64,000 nt of DNA, taken from positions 1,248,001 through 1,312,000 of the forward strand of contig CAXXDV010000001.1 in assembly GCA_963674745.2 (NCBI GenBank). The letters run 5' to 3'. Source of the stretch: Desulfosudaceae bacterium. Lineage in GTDB: Bacteria; Desulfobacterota; Desulfobacteria; Desulfobacterales; Desulfosudaceae. Shown piece after piece: positions 1-9,273 of this stretch. The translations under genes were made by a program, and so were the position numbers. The notes beneath the pieces are model-generated. The model made no database searches. It had not been told where the DNA came from and was given only the letters and a program-made list of their open reading frames with translations. Position 1 is the stretch's first letter. Every line of letters begins with the position of its first letter.

Positions 1-1719
1 CGTGCCTGGCGAGAACATCGCAGAAACAATGAGGACTCTCTTTATCAAGGCGCAGCAATCCGCCAAGAACAACTTCTTTCGGAAGACAGTGATTCCGTAA
101 TGAACAGATGTCGGGAACTTGCCAATGAGGGGGGGGAGATACCGGCGGCCATTGCATACCTGGCAGCCTGGTTAAATATTGATTCTCCCTTTTTGAAAGG
201 ATGTGACGTCGCCCTCGAGTCCGGGTTGCATCGAATCTGGGAGGCGGTAACGGAATACTGGGATGACTTGATGGGTTCCGGAAAAAAAAGGGCGGAGCTT
301 AAAAAAATCCGGCAGCAAATTGTAGACAAAACAAGCGTTTTTAAAAACCTTGAACAGGAGAGTGTAGCGCTCCAAAAAATTTTGGAAACAGAATCTTCTG
401 CCGACAGCGTGCAATCACAGGAAAACGCTGACGCCGGCCAGCCCTCCGCCCATAAACGTCAGTTTGAAAATGAAATAAAGGAGCTAAAAGTCCGCATTTC
501 AAAGAATCAAGCCGATATCGATTCGCTGATAGCCAGGGAAGGCGACCTTAATATCGAACTGCGTGCCATCGATCAGGGGCTGAATGATCCCGGGACCCGC
601 CGAGACCTGTTTAAGGAACATGTCGAGGGTAAAGCCCTTGATCGGTTCTCCAAGATTGTCCCGAAACTGGTGAAGTCTTCAGATGAATGCCAACGCACAG
701 ATAAGGAAGTAGTCCGTAAAGAAAGAGCCAAAACCGGTACCTTGAACTGGTGGCTTTTATCAAATGCCGTGATCTTCGTATGTTCGTTGGTTTTAACCTG
801 TTTTAACCTGAGTATGGAAATGGTGTTAACAACAATATTACCATGGACCGCAACGGCAATCGTAGTCACCCTGATCGTATTTACGTTTTATTATTACTTC
901 AAGATTAAGCCGGATTTACACAAAGCTTATAACGATCGACATCAGGCAAAATGGAGTCAACGGAATATTCAAAACGAAATGGTTGCCGTACTTACCCGGC
1001 TGGAAAAAACACGCCCCGACTTTGCGGCCTGTTTTTATGCCATTGAGTGGTTTCATTCTTTAAAGTCAAACATTGCCAATCGCCATAGCGAATTATCGGC
1101 TGCTGTTTCCGGGCTACAAGACCTGCGGAATAAGGCTGTTTCTGAGAGGAGCCTTGCCGAGGACACGGAAAACAGACGAATCGTTCCAAATAAGATCGAA
1201 TTTGAGGCGCTTTGGCCATTAGGCGAAAAATCTCTTCAAAACAGCCTGTTAACGCAACAACTGGTCAAGCTTTATTGTAGAGAAGTCTTTGAGTCCGGTG
1301 CTGCCCAGGCCTTGAGCAAGCTACAGGAAACACTTGAAGCGGTAACCAGGGAATCATTCGGCGAAATTCTGGGAATGGATATCGCAGAACTTTTTGAATT
1401 ACTTGATTCAACAATGCCCGTAGCCGACCTGGATCAAACTTTACGCACGGGGCTGGAAAACACTTCGCCTCTGATCAATATTCATGAGTTTTCCCGGCAC
1501 CAGGGTGCAGTTGAAGAGTTTTTTATATCACTTAAATGCCGGGATGGCGGTGAGACGGCGAGTCGTATTGAAAGACTGTCCCGGGATAAAAGTCTGCAAC
1601 TGATACCGGCGGAATCCCCGGACAATATCCGATTTGTGCGGCTTATTACAAAAATAACGCCATCTCATTGGATTTATTATGCTTATTTCAACAGCCACAT
1701 TAACCATGTGAATGAGTAA
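1..1719 (+). CDS. Large membrane-anchored coiled-coil protein, 5'-partial
   Basis: Frame is open from base 1 (RAWREHRRNNED...) into the 100..1719 ORF, so the gene starts outside the window. Long coiled-coil stretches and two adjacent hydrophobic helices (WWLLSNAVIFVCSLVLTCF; ILPWTATAIVVTLIVFTFYYYF). Confidence 0.75.
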   Translation, partial: RAWREHRRNNEDSLYQGAAIRQEQLLSEDSDSVMNRCRELANEGGEIPAAIAYLAAWLNIDSPFLKGCDVALESGLHRIWEAVTEYWDDLMGSGKKRAELKKIRQQIVDKTSVFKNLEQESVALQKILETESSADSVQSQENADAGQPSAHKRQFENEIKELKVRISKNQADIDSLIAREGDLNIELRAIDQGLNDPGTRRDLFKEHVEGKALDRFSKIVPKLVKSSDECQRTDKEVVRKERAKTGTLNWWLLSNAVIFVCSLVLTCFNLSMEMVLTTILPWTATAIVVTLIVFTFYYYFKIKPDLHKAYNDRHQAKWSQRNIQNEMVAVLTRLEKTRPDFAACFYAIEWFHSLKSNIANRHSELSAAVSGLQDLRNKAVSERSLAEDTENRRIVPNKIEFEALWPLGEKSLQNSLLTQQLVKLYCREVFESGAAQALSKLQETLEAVTRESFGEILGMDIAELFELLDSTMPVADLDQTLRTGLENTSPLINIHEFSRHQGAVEEFFISLKCRDGGETASRIERLSRDKSLQLIPAESPDNIRFVRLITKITPSHWIYYAYFNSHINHVNE

Positions 1720-1751
1720 CCGTTCATCACAAACCTGCAAAGGAGACTATC

Positions 1752-2480
1752 ATGAACCGAAATTCAATAATTATCGTTATCTCTGTCATCAGTGTTGCCG
1801 TTATTATCGGAGCGGCAGTCGGAGGATACTTGATCTGGTCTCAAGGGAGCAAGTTTACCGTTGTTTTCAGGGACTCCAAATACCTTCAGCCCGGGGCAAA
1901 CGTATACCTCTCCGGTGTTGTTATCGGAACCGTTAAAGCCGTCGATGTTAACAATAGTGGTGGAGTTAATGTTGTTGTCCGGCTTTCGGATAAAAACATT
2001 AGTCTTTCTCGGGCATCTCAGTTCTTTATCGATACCGGTTACGAACGGTGCCTTATGGTAAAGACGTCAAGCAAACCAGCCCTTCCCATTGCCAATGGTG
2101 ATGTTTTAGAAGGGACGGACAGCTTTCTGATGTGGCAACTGTTGGATGTTGTTGATCAAATCCAGGACGTAGTCGATTCTCCGCAAGCACGAAAGCTGAG
2201 GGCGCAATTCAAGCAATGCCTCACCAGTTTTAGTGAACGGCTGCGACAAATCGACTGGGATAAAATAGGAAATGACGTCAAAGTGCAGGTGGAGTCCTTG
2301 GTCGATGAAATTGACCGGGCTTTACAGTCTCAAGAATTTCAGCAAAGCCTGGAACAGATCAAGGAGAAAATCAAAAACACTCAAAACGCCCTCATAGAGT
2401 TGAAAAACAGCGAAGAAGCGACACGACTCTATAAGGATTTACAAGAGCTTTATAACAGAATCAATGAAAGGCACGATTAA
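1752..2480 (+). CDS. MlaD/MCE-domain protein with C-terminal helical region
   Basis: N-terminal TM helix then FTVVFRDSKYLQPGANVYLSGVVIGTVKAV, typical MCE start; SD AAGGAG upstream. Confidence 0.75.
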   Translation: MNRNSIIIVISVISVAVIIGAAVGGYLIWSQGSKFTVVFRDSKYLQPGANVYLSGVVIGTVKAVDVNNSGGVNVVVRLSDKNISLSRASQFFIDTGYERCLMVKTSSKPALPIANGDVLEGTDSFLMWQLLDVVDQIQDVVDSPQARKLRAQFKQCLTSFSERLRQIDWDKIGNDVKVQVESLVDEIDRALQSQEFQQSLEQIKEKIKNTQNALIELKNSEEATRLYKDLQELYNRINERHD

Positions 2481-2528
2481 GAGCCGGGCGTTTCAACAAG
2501 GCTATAAATCAAGATAGAGGGATATGAG

Positions 2529-3815
2529 ATGCCGGAGTTTAAAACACCAAGCATAACCGGTGTGTATTTTGAAGACACAACAGGGAAACTTCGTCTCTTT
2601 GAAAAGGATTCTATCCTTGTCATGACGGTTCAACCGTTACCGCGGGCATGGCAAAAAACAAGGCGGAAATCCTACTGGATAAATTGCCGGCCAGAGAGGT
2701 TTAAAATTCCAATGGGTAATATAGAGAAACGACTGGAGGGATTGAATTCTCATTTAGACGAAAACGGGAAGCTTTTACCTCAATTCTGTACGTCACCCAC
2801 GGATAAATTCTTGAATTTGGGAATACGTAGTCATCTGATGTTTTGCCTGACTATCTCTAAAAAAGACCGTTTGATTATTCGGCCTTTCCCAACAAGACAG
2901 TGGCATTTATTGTCTCTCTTGGCCGGTTGTGGTGATGCGGCGGTGGAACTGGTTGAGTCAAATCCAACGTTAGGCTTTATGGTGTCGTCCAGTTGGGTCT
3001 TCAAGAAAAAGCCCGTTCAAAAGCCTCTCCGTGCGGCCCGCTCGATAGTTAATAAGAAACAACGGGATATTTTGAGATGGCTCGATTGGCCCAATAATTC
3101 TGAAAGCACAAGGAAAATACTGGCGAAGATAGCTCATCCAGCAATCAATATTTCAAATTTGTTGTATCTGCGGCAGGCGATTTGCGACAAAAAAATAGCC
3201 AAGACCTTGTGTCACCTTCCACGCATCAACACAGGGGTGCTGAGAATTGTCACAGATCCAGGCCTGTCTTCCTTAACAACGCCATCATTATTATTTGAAA
3301 TTGCTCATTGTCGGAAGCATGAAGACAAATATCCCACGGCTGCATATTTACTTCGCGACAGTATCCATATTCAACTCCAGCTGTACGCGAACAGGCGATT
3401 TCCAGGGCCGATTCGCCATTTAAAACAATTGTCGGAGGTTCATGATTCGCTGGTGGAGGATCTCAATTGTGCCAAAAGCCTTAATGAAAACATTCCATTT
3501 CCCGCGCCACCTATTGATGGCACAGAGTTTATCCGCCCAATAACTCAAACCGCTGATTTAGTTCGTGAAGGAATTTTCATGAAAAATTGCGTGGCAGCAG
3601 ACTTATATATAACGAAAATACTACAGCGCGAAATATATATTTACCAGGTATTCAAGCCAGAGCGTTGTACCTTGGCCCTAAAAAGAAAAAACGGGGCCTG
3701 GACAGTATCAGAATTAAAAAGGGCTCGGAACGAGGACCCAGCTTCAATAACGAGATCAGCAGTTGAGATTTGGCTGGCACAAAAGCCAACAAATAATGGC
3801 CGTGGTCAAATGTAA
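2529..3815 (+). CDS. PcfJ-like domain protein
   Basis: C-terminal IRPITQTADLVREGIFMKNCVA...IYIYQV...RCTLAL...ELKRARNEDP resembles PcfJ-like domains of mobile elements. Confidence 0.65.
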   Translation: MPEFKTPSITGVYFEDTTGKLRLFEKDSILVMTVQPLPRAWQKTRRKSYWINCRPERFKIPMGNIEKRLEGLNSHLDENGKLLPQFCTSPTDKFLNLGIRSHLMFCLTISKKDRLIIRPFPTRQWHLLSLLAGCGDAAVELVESNPTLGFMVSSSWVFKKKPVQKPLRAARSIVNKKQRDILRWLDWPNNSESTRKILAKIAHPAINISNLLYLRQAICDKKIAKTLCHLPRINTGVLRIVTDPGLSSLTTPSLLFEIAHCRKHEDKYPTAAYLLRDSIHIQLQLYANRRFPGPIRHLKQLSEVHDSLVEDLNCAKSLNENIPFPAPPIDGTEFIRPITQTADLVREGIFMKNCVAADLYITKILQREIYIYQVFKPERCTLALKRKNGAWTVSELKRARNEDPASITRSAVEIWLAQKPTNNGRGQM

Positions 3816-3873
3816 ATACATTAAATTTTGGCAGTCATGGCCGAAAACAATTTCATTCAAGGAGGAACAGACA

Positions 3874-4293
3874 ATGTCAGAATGTATTTTTTGTAAAATT
3901 TTTAATGGTCAGGCTGACGCGAGCATTGTCTATAGAGATGATATCGCCTCTGCCTTTCTCGATATAAGTCCCGTGAATCCGGGTCATGTCCTGGTTGTTC
4001 CCAATGAACATTTTGCAGGTTTAGCAGATCTTCCGGAGAAAACAGCCAAGCATCTGATTTGTGTTGCACAGCGCTTGGCTTCTGCCATCAGGTTTTCGAA
4101 CGATATTAAATGTGAAGGCATCAATCTGTTTCTGGCAGATGGAAAAGCTGCCGGCCAAGAAGTTTTTCATGTCCATCTGCATATTATTCCTCGATTCAAA
4201 AACGATGGATTTCGGTTGGTTTTTTCCGACCATAAGCCAACTCGTTCAGAACTGGAAGAGTTGGCGGTTGGTATTCGAAAGCAATTGGGATAG
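3874..4293 (+). CDS. HIT family nucleotide hydrolase
   Basis: MSECIFCKI start after AGGAGG (3860-3865); PGHVLVVP and HVHLHII histidine triad. Confidence 0.9.
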   Translation: MSECIFCKIFNGQADASIVYRDDIASAFLDISPVNPGHVLVVPNEHFAGLADLPEKTAKHLICVAQRLASAIRFSNDIKCEGINLFLADGKAAGQEVFHVHLHIIPRFKNDGFRLVFSDHKPTRSELEELAVGIRKQLG

Positions 4294-4335
4294 GGGCTAA
4301 CTAATTCTTTATTTTAATCTGGAAGGTTAACGGAT

Positions 4336-4836
4336 ATGAATTATGAAAAAATCTTTTCGGGTTTATTGGAAACAATGGGTTTGACGATAAAAAATTTCGA
4401 AAAGACCTGTAATTTAGAGCTCACGGAGGATCATTACCGGGTTTTGGTCAGTTGGGCTTGTTTTTCTGCAAAACGGGATATGAAATCAGTGTTGCTGAAA
4501 CGTTATTCAGAAAAAATTCCCACTCCATTTTTGCAATTTGACATCTTTCTCCGAGGAGATCCTTCCAACAATTTTGAACCAGATGGGAAAGGAATTGCAT
4601 TTACAGCTACCAGAACTTGGGAATTGATGGAATGTGCTTTGAATGAAATCAGGCTGTTAATTAGCGCGGACGTATCCAAGGCTGATGTTGAAAGAGGGTT
4701 AGCGCTTTTGTTAATCAGCATAATGGATGATGAGCATGAAGGATTTCAAGAACTGTTAAGTCACAATACAGAGGAGGAGGCTACTTTAGCTTATTTTGCC
4801 AAAAGGAATAAACCAGATAACCGGGTAAAAGGATAG
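4336..4836 (+). CDS. Hypothetical protein
   Basis: 166-aa ORF with upstream GGAAGG, 4 nt from the next gene. Confidence 0.6.
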   Translation: MNYEKIFSGLLETMGLTIKNFEKTCNLELTEDHYRVLVSWACFSAKRDMKSVLLKRYSEKIPTPFLQFDIFLRGDPSNNFEPDGKGIAFTATRTWELMECALNEIRLLISADVSKADVERGLALLLISIMDDEHEGFQELLSHNTEEEATLAYFAKRNKPDNRVKG

Positions 4837-4840
4837 ACAA

Positions 4841-5647
4841 ATGAAAAAAACTATTTGGGCGAGCGATTTACACTTGGAATTTTTAAAAAAAGAAAAGCGC
4901 AATGACTTTCTAAATCAACTTGCAGCAATGGAGCCCGAAAATATAATTCTCGGTGGCGATACTGGTGAGGCCCCTAATGTCGGATCATATTTAAAACTTA
5001 TCGCGCAACATATGCCTTCCGCTACAAAGATTTACATCATTTGTGGAAATCACGAAGGATATAGGAGCAGCATCGCTGCTGCTAGAGGGGAGATTATAAA
5101 AATCTGTGATGAATCAGATCAACTATACTATCTTCCGAATGAAGGTGTTGTCGAACTATCCGAAAACGTTGGTCTAATTGGTGCTGACTGCCTTTTAGGT
5201 GATGCGAGAATAGGTAACTATAATAATCGTATTCGGCTGGGTGATTTTACCTGGACCGCTGATTTTCAGTGCTTAAATCATAAAGAAAGAATTACTATTC
5301 TGCGAAAGTTAGGAGATCAAGCCCGAGATTATTTTGAAAGTGTTCTTCCTTTAGCGCTGCAAAAATATAATCACGTGGTGATTATAACCCATGCGCCATT
5401 ATTCAGTGAATTCTGCTTGCACGGTGGGAAGCCATCGAGCCCGGATTATCTTCCATACTTCGTCTGCCAGGCTCCTGGCGAAATAGTTTTTAAGTACGCA
5501 AAAGAATTTCCAGATAATTTTATTTACTGCCTGTCGGGACATTCCCACTGTCATGCTGAAGGGAATCTCTTAAAAAATTTGTATGTTTGTGTTTCTGGCT
5601 CCGACTATGGGGCACCGCGTATTGAAACACTTATCATTGAAGAATAA
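4841..5647 (+). CDS. Calcineurin-like metallophosphoesterase
   Basis: Motifs SDLH, GGD, GNHE, ITH, GHSH. Confidence 0.88.
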   Translation: MKKTIWASDLHLEFLKKEKRNDFLNQLAAMEPENIILGGDTGEAPNVGSYLKLIAQHMPSATKIYIICGNHEGYRSSIAAARGEIIKICDESDQLYYLPNEGVVELSENVGLIGADCLLGDARIGNYNNRIRLGDFTWTADFQCLNHKERITILRKLGDQARDYFESVLPLALQKYNHVVIITHAPLFSEFCLHGGKPSSPDYLPYFVCQAPGEIVFKYAKEFPDNFIYCLSGHSHCHAEGNLLKNLYVCVSGSDYGAPRIETLIIEE

Positions 5648-5660
5648 ATATAGAGGCAAC

Positions 5661-7376
5661 ATGAAAAACTTTGTTCATCTTCACGTACATACAGAATACA
5701 GCCTTTTGGATGGAATTATCCGTCTGAAGTCCCTTGCCCAACGCGCTGTTGAATATGGCATGCATTCTGTGGCCATCACAGATCATGGTACCATGTTCGG
5801 AGTTGTACCTTTTTACCAAGCAATGGTTGAAGCCGGAGTAAAACCCATTATCGGGTGTGAATTTTACCTGGCGCCAAGAACGATAGCCGATAAAACCCCG
5901 CAGGATCACGAAGGCCTTTCTCATCTGGTCCTGCTGGCGGAAAATATGAAGGGGTATCATAATCTCTGTCGTCTGGCGACGATTGCTGCGACAAAGGGGT
6001 TTTATCGCAAACCCCGAATTGACAGAGAACTGCTGCGTCAACACAGCTCTGGCCTCATCGCTTTGTCCGCCTGCATGAAAGGAGCGGTGCCTCAGTTGCT
6101 GATGCAGGGAAGAACCAATGAAGCAAATGCCGCGGCCCAGACTTTCTCAAACATCTTTGGAGAAGATCATTTTTTTCTGGAGGTGCAGAACAACGGCATC
6201 CCGGAGCAAAAGGAGTTAAACCGAGCCCTCTTGGAAATGAGCCAACGGCTTTTTATTCCCCTGGTTGGGACCAATGACTGTCATTATCTTGATGCCGACG
6301 ACTGGCGCGTACACGAAATTTTTCTTTGTATTCAAGCAGGTATAACCAGCTATTACACGGACAGACTGAATTTTGATATTAATCAACTCAACTTCAAGCC
6401 CGTACAGGAGATGCTTGATTTTTGTAAGAATTTTCCTGGTGCTTCTGAAAATACTATTGATATCGCCCGGCGATGCAATGTCGAACTTGAGCATAAATCT
6501 CTTCACTTTCCACAATTTGACCCCCCTGCAGGAAAAACGGCGGATTCTTTTTTTGAAGAAAAAGTATCGGCCGGTTTTGAACAACGAATGGAGGCGATCT
6601 GGAAAAACAATTCGCAAGCTACTGACGGCCGGAAAAAATTAATTCGATATCTGGTTGGAAAAGATGGCAAAAAGACCGATGGTGAAGTTTATTTTGTCCA
6701 TGTTGCTACATTAGGCTCTATGAAAAAGGAAACCGTTATCCAGAAGGTTGGTCGTCTTATGGGCATATCTCAGGACAAAATTGACGAAATGATTAGTCTG
6801 ATATCAGACGCTGGGAAACTGGAGGGCAGGTATCAAAACGAGTCAACTCTGAAAGAAATGATCGAATCAAGCCCGGAGCTTTATCAGCTATTCGCTTTCA
6901 GTAGAAGACTTGTAGGCATTCCATGTCATGTCGCAAAAAGCGATGCCTATGTTGTCATATCATCTAATCCTCTGAATCAAGCCATTCCGCTATGCCGGTT
7001 AAATAATAACATTATTATTACTCAGTATAACAAGTGGTCTATCGAGACTTTTTTGAAGGGGTCAACAATACCTGATATTTCCAACATCCGTCTTCTTTCA
7101 TTTCAATATATTAATAAAAAAATAGTCATTGACGGAATTATTACAAAAATTTATCGAAAAAAAACTAAAAAGAACAAAACCATGGCCATTCTTGAGCTCG
7201 ATGTTTCGTGGGGCAATATAAAGGTTCTCATTTTCCCAAAAGTTTACGAATCGTCAAAAACACTCTTAAACGAAGAAGGAGAAGCGATTCTTGTGGAGGG
7301 CCGAGTAGAAACCGACGAAACACCTGCATTAATCGCGGAAAGGCTAACGCGAGTAAATGCCTTAGACCCTACTTAA
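5661..7376 (+). CDS. DnaE-derived protein: intact PHP domain, degenerate thumb and OB fold, polymerase active site absent
   Basis: MKNFVHLHVHTEYSLLDG, TDHG, GCE, SAC, NDCH are DnaE PHP motifs. No GRGS, PDIDIDF or KFDFLGL. C-terminal OB fold (IVIDGIITKI...MAILELD...IKVLIFPKVY). 571 aa versus ~1150 for DnaE. Confidence 0.85.
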   Translation: MKNFVHLHVHTEYSLLDGIIRLKSLAQRAVEYGMHSVAITDHGTMFGVVPFYQAMVEAGVKPIIGCEFYLAPRTIADKTPQDHEGLSHLVLLAENMKGYHNLCRLATIAATKGFYRKPRIDRELLRQHSSGLIALSACMKGAVPQLLMQGRTNEANAAAQTFSNIFGEDHFFLEVQNNGIPEQKELNRALLEMSQRLFIPLVGTNDCHYLDADDWRVHEIFLCIQAGITSYYTDRLNFDINQLNFKPVQEMLDFCKNFPGASENTIDIARRCNVELEHKSLHFPQFDPPAGKTADSFFEEKVSAGFEQRMEAIWKNNSQATDGRKKLIRYLVGKDGKKTDGEVYFVHVATLGSMKKETVIQKVGRLMGISQDKIDEMISLISDAGKLEGRYQNESTLKEMIESSPELYQLFAFSRRLVGIPCHVAKSDAYVVISSNPLNQAIPLCRLNNNIIITQYNKWSIETFLKGSTIPDISNIRLLSFQYINKKIVIDGIITKIYRKKTKKNKTMAILELDVSWGNIKVLIFPKVYESSKTLLNEEGEAILVEGRVETDETPALIAERLTRVNALDPT

Positions 7377-7394
7377 AATTGATATCCAGCCCTC

Positions 7395-7856
7395 TCATTC
7401 ATAATAGTTGTATTTTGCGATTTTCATGGCTGTTTCAGTAAATAAATATTTCGGATCCGGTATAATGCCGAGCCTGTCAAGATCAAGCCTGTCAGAATCC
7501 CAGCATGCCTTGATTGTCAGGTCATTGGTTTCACAATCATAGGTGTGATGCCGGCAGGCAAAGATAAGCCGTTCCACATCAGACTCGTCAAGGCCCAACG
7601 CCTTCTTTGAAAACGTCTTTATGTATTTTGCCGCTCTTGGGCCATGTTCCGGATCTGACCCGTCAGAAAGCCTCTGACAATCATGAAAATATGCAAAAAG
7701 AGTGATTATTTTCTCATTAACGTCTTCATGTTTTGCAATGGAATGCCCATAATCAGCAACTCGTTCCCAATGCCTATACCCGTGGACAGAGTGTGCGGGA
7801 ACTGGCGTTTCAGCCTTTATACGATAAATTATCTTCTTCATACTCATTATTAACAC
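7395..7856 (-). CDS. HD-domain phosphohydrolase (start may be a few codons later)
   Basis: HGYRHWERV...FAYFHD...HG...HH...CWDSDRLD. Confidence 0.8.
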   Translation of the reverse strand: MLIMSMKKIIYRIKAETPVPAHSVHGYRHWERVADYGHSIAKHEDVNEKIITLFAYFHDCQRLSDGSDPEHGPRAAKYIKTFSKKALGLDESDVERLIFACRHHTYDCETNDLTIKACWDSDRLDLDRLGIIPDPKYLFTETAMKIAKYNYYE

Positions 7857-8032
7857 ACGGTTAGGGGAAATCTACCTAAACAGCAGGCTTAGTCTCTTGA
7901 TATGTATAACATATACTTTTCAATGCTAGAATCAATAGGTGAACAATCTAACAAAAATATAAAATCTGAGTTCAATTAGAATTGAAGTCTTGATCAAGCA
8001 GCGCATGATAATTTATATAATTTCTTATAATT

Positions 8033-8608
8033 ATGAACCAGATACCTACCATAAAAACACATCGCCTGACCCTCCGGCCGTTTACACTTGAAGACGCACC
8101 TGAACTTCAGCGTCTGGCCGGAGACCGGGCCATTGCCGATACCACCCAAAGCATACCGCACCCATACGAAGACGGCATGGCCGAAAAGTGGATTTCCAGT
8201 CATTTTGAAACATTTAATCAGGGGAAAGGTGTGGATTTTGCTATAACCAGAAATTCAGACAAAGCACTTGTTGGAGCAATCAGCCTCATGCACATAATAA
8301 AAGGTCATCAGGCAACTTTGGGTTATTGGATCGGCAAACCATACTGGAGCAAGGGCTTTTGCACTGAAGCGGCCCATGCTGTTTTAAATTTTGCGTTTAC
8401 AAAGTTTAGGATGATTCGTGTTCATGCCAGTCACATTACCCGGAACCCGGCTTCAGGCAGGGTAATGCAGAAACTGGGCTTGCGCCATGAAGGCTGTCAG
8501 CGTCAGCAGATCCGGAAGTGGGGTAAATTTGAGGATCTGGAATTGTACGGCATTTTGGAAGAGGAGTGGCGGAAAGGGCCTAGTGAACCGTTTAGCGGGT
8601 CCTCTTAA
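8033..8608 (+). CDS. GNAT N-acetyltransferase, RimJ/RimL family
   Basis: IKTHRLTLRPF, LGYWIGKPYWSKG, NPASGRVMQKLG. Confidence 0.92.
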   Translation: MNQIPTIKTHRLTLRPFTLEDAPELQRLAGDRAIADTTQSIPHPYEDGMAEKWISSHFETFNQGKGVDFAITRNSDKALVGAISLMHIIKGHQATLGYWIGKPYWSKGFCTEAAHAVLNFAFTKFRMIRVHASHITRNPASGRVMQKLGLRHEGCQRQQIRKWGKFEDLELYGILEEEWRKGPSEPFSGSS

Positions 8609-8747
8609 AAACAGGAGGCCAAAACGCCGAAATAAGCCGATAGAAAGTCGAAAAAACACGAAAAACTTAGCATATTATAAAAGCGTATGTTGAAGCTGAT
8701 AAAGAATAGTCGGAAAAAATCGGGAGCCCTTATTCTGGCAATCGAAT

Positions 8748-8779
8748 AAAAAAGGGGGGTTTTACCCCCCCCCTTTTTT
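8748..8779. terminator. Bidirectional intrinsic terminator between convergent genes
   Basis: A6-G6 / C-run-T6 hairpin. Confidence 0.7.
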
Positions 8780-8790
8780 GTAAAACGATT

Positions 8791-9273
8791 TTACAGAAAG
8801 CAAAGTTGCGCTAGCTCGAAATAATTCATGATGAATTGGTAATCACTGATAAGATCTTGATAGGTTATTGAATTCGGACATATCAATGACAAAAACGCAA
8901 CTCCCGAATTATCCTCTTGATAATGCATGTAAAGGGTCGTTACCTCTGAGGAAGGCAGCTCATCTTCCCCGGAAATCATTATGTCGCCCCACATATCGGC
9001 CAGGACATCTACTTTGTCAATTTCTTGCATGTAGACTAAAAAATCTATCACATGGCCACCAATGTCAGTGCTACAGAGCGTAAAAAGGGCCCTACGAATA
9101 CCATCCTCATCAATAAAGATGTCCACACAGGGGGCATTTCGGTCTTTCGATTCTGTCAGAAAAAAACGATAACCCCATTCCTTGTCAAAAATTACCTGTT
9201 GGTCAAAAGATTCAATAGATATTCTTCCACAAATAAACTCATCTTCATCCAGTAGGTACAAATTTTTTTTCAT
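8791..9273 (-). CDS. Acidic hypothetical protein
   Basis: ATG at 9273 preceded by AAGGAG; 160 aa. Confidence 0.6.
   Translation of the reverse strand: MKKNLYLLDEDEFICGRISIESFDQQVIFDKEWGYRFFLTESKDRNAPCVDIFIDEDGIRRALFTLCSTDIGGHVIDFLVYMQEIDKVDVLADMWGDIMISGEDELPSSEVTTLYMHYQEDNSGVAFLSLICPNSITYQDLISDYQFIMNYFELAQLCFL

Noticed and set aside
3763..3873. N-terminal extension of the HIT ORF
   Set aside because: A strong SD and the family-typical start lie at 3874.
4294..4333. attC-like GGCTAAC...GTTAACG after the HIT gene
   Set aside because: Too short, poor internal complementarity, no integron integrase seen.
5583..7376. Functional dnaE or error-prone dnaE2 (imuABC); start at 5583
   Set aside because: Catalytic aspartate motifs are absent and there is no imuA/imuB. 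The 5583 start overlaps the upstream gene; MKNFVHLH at 5661 fits better.
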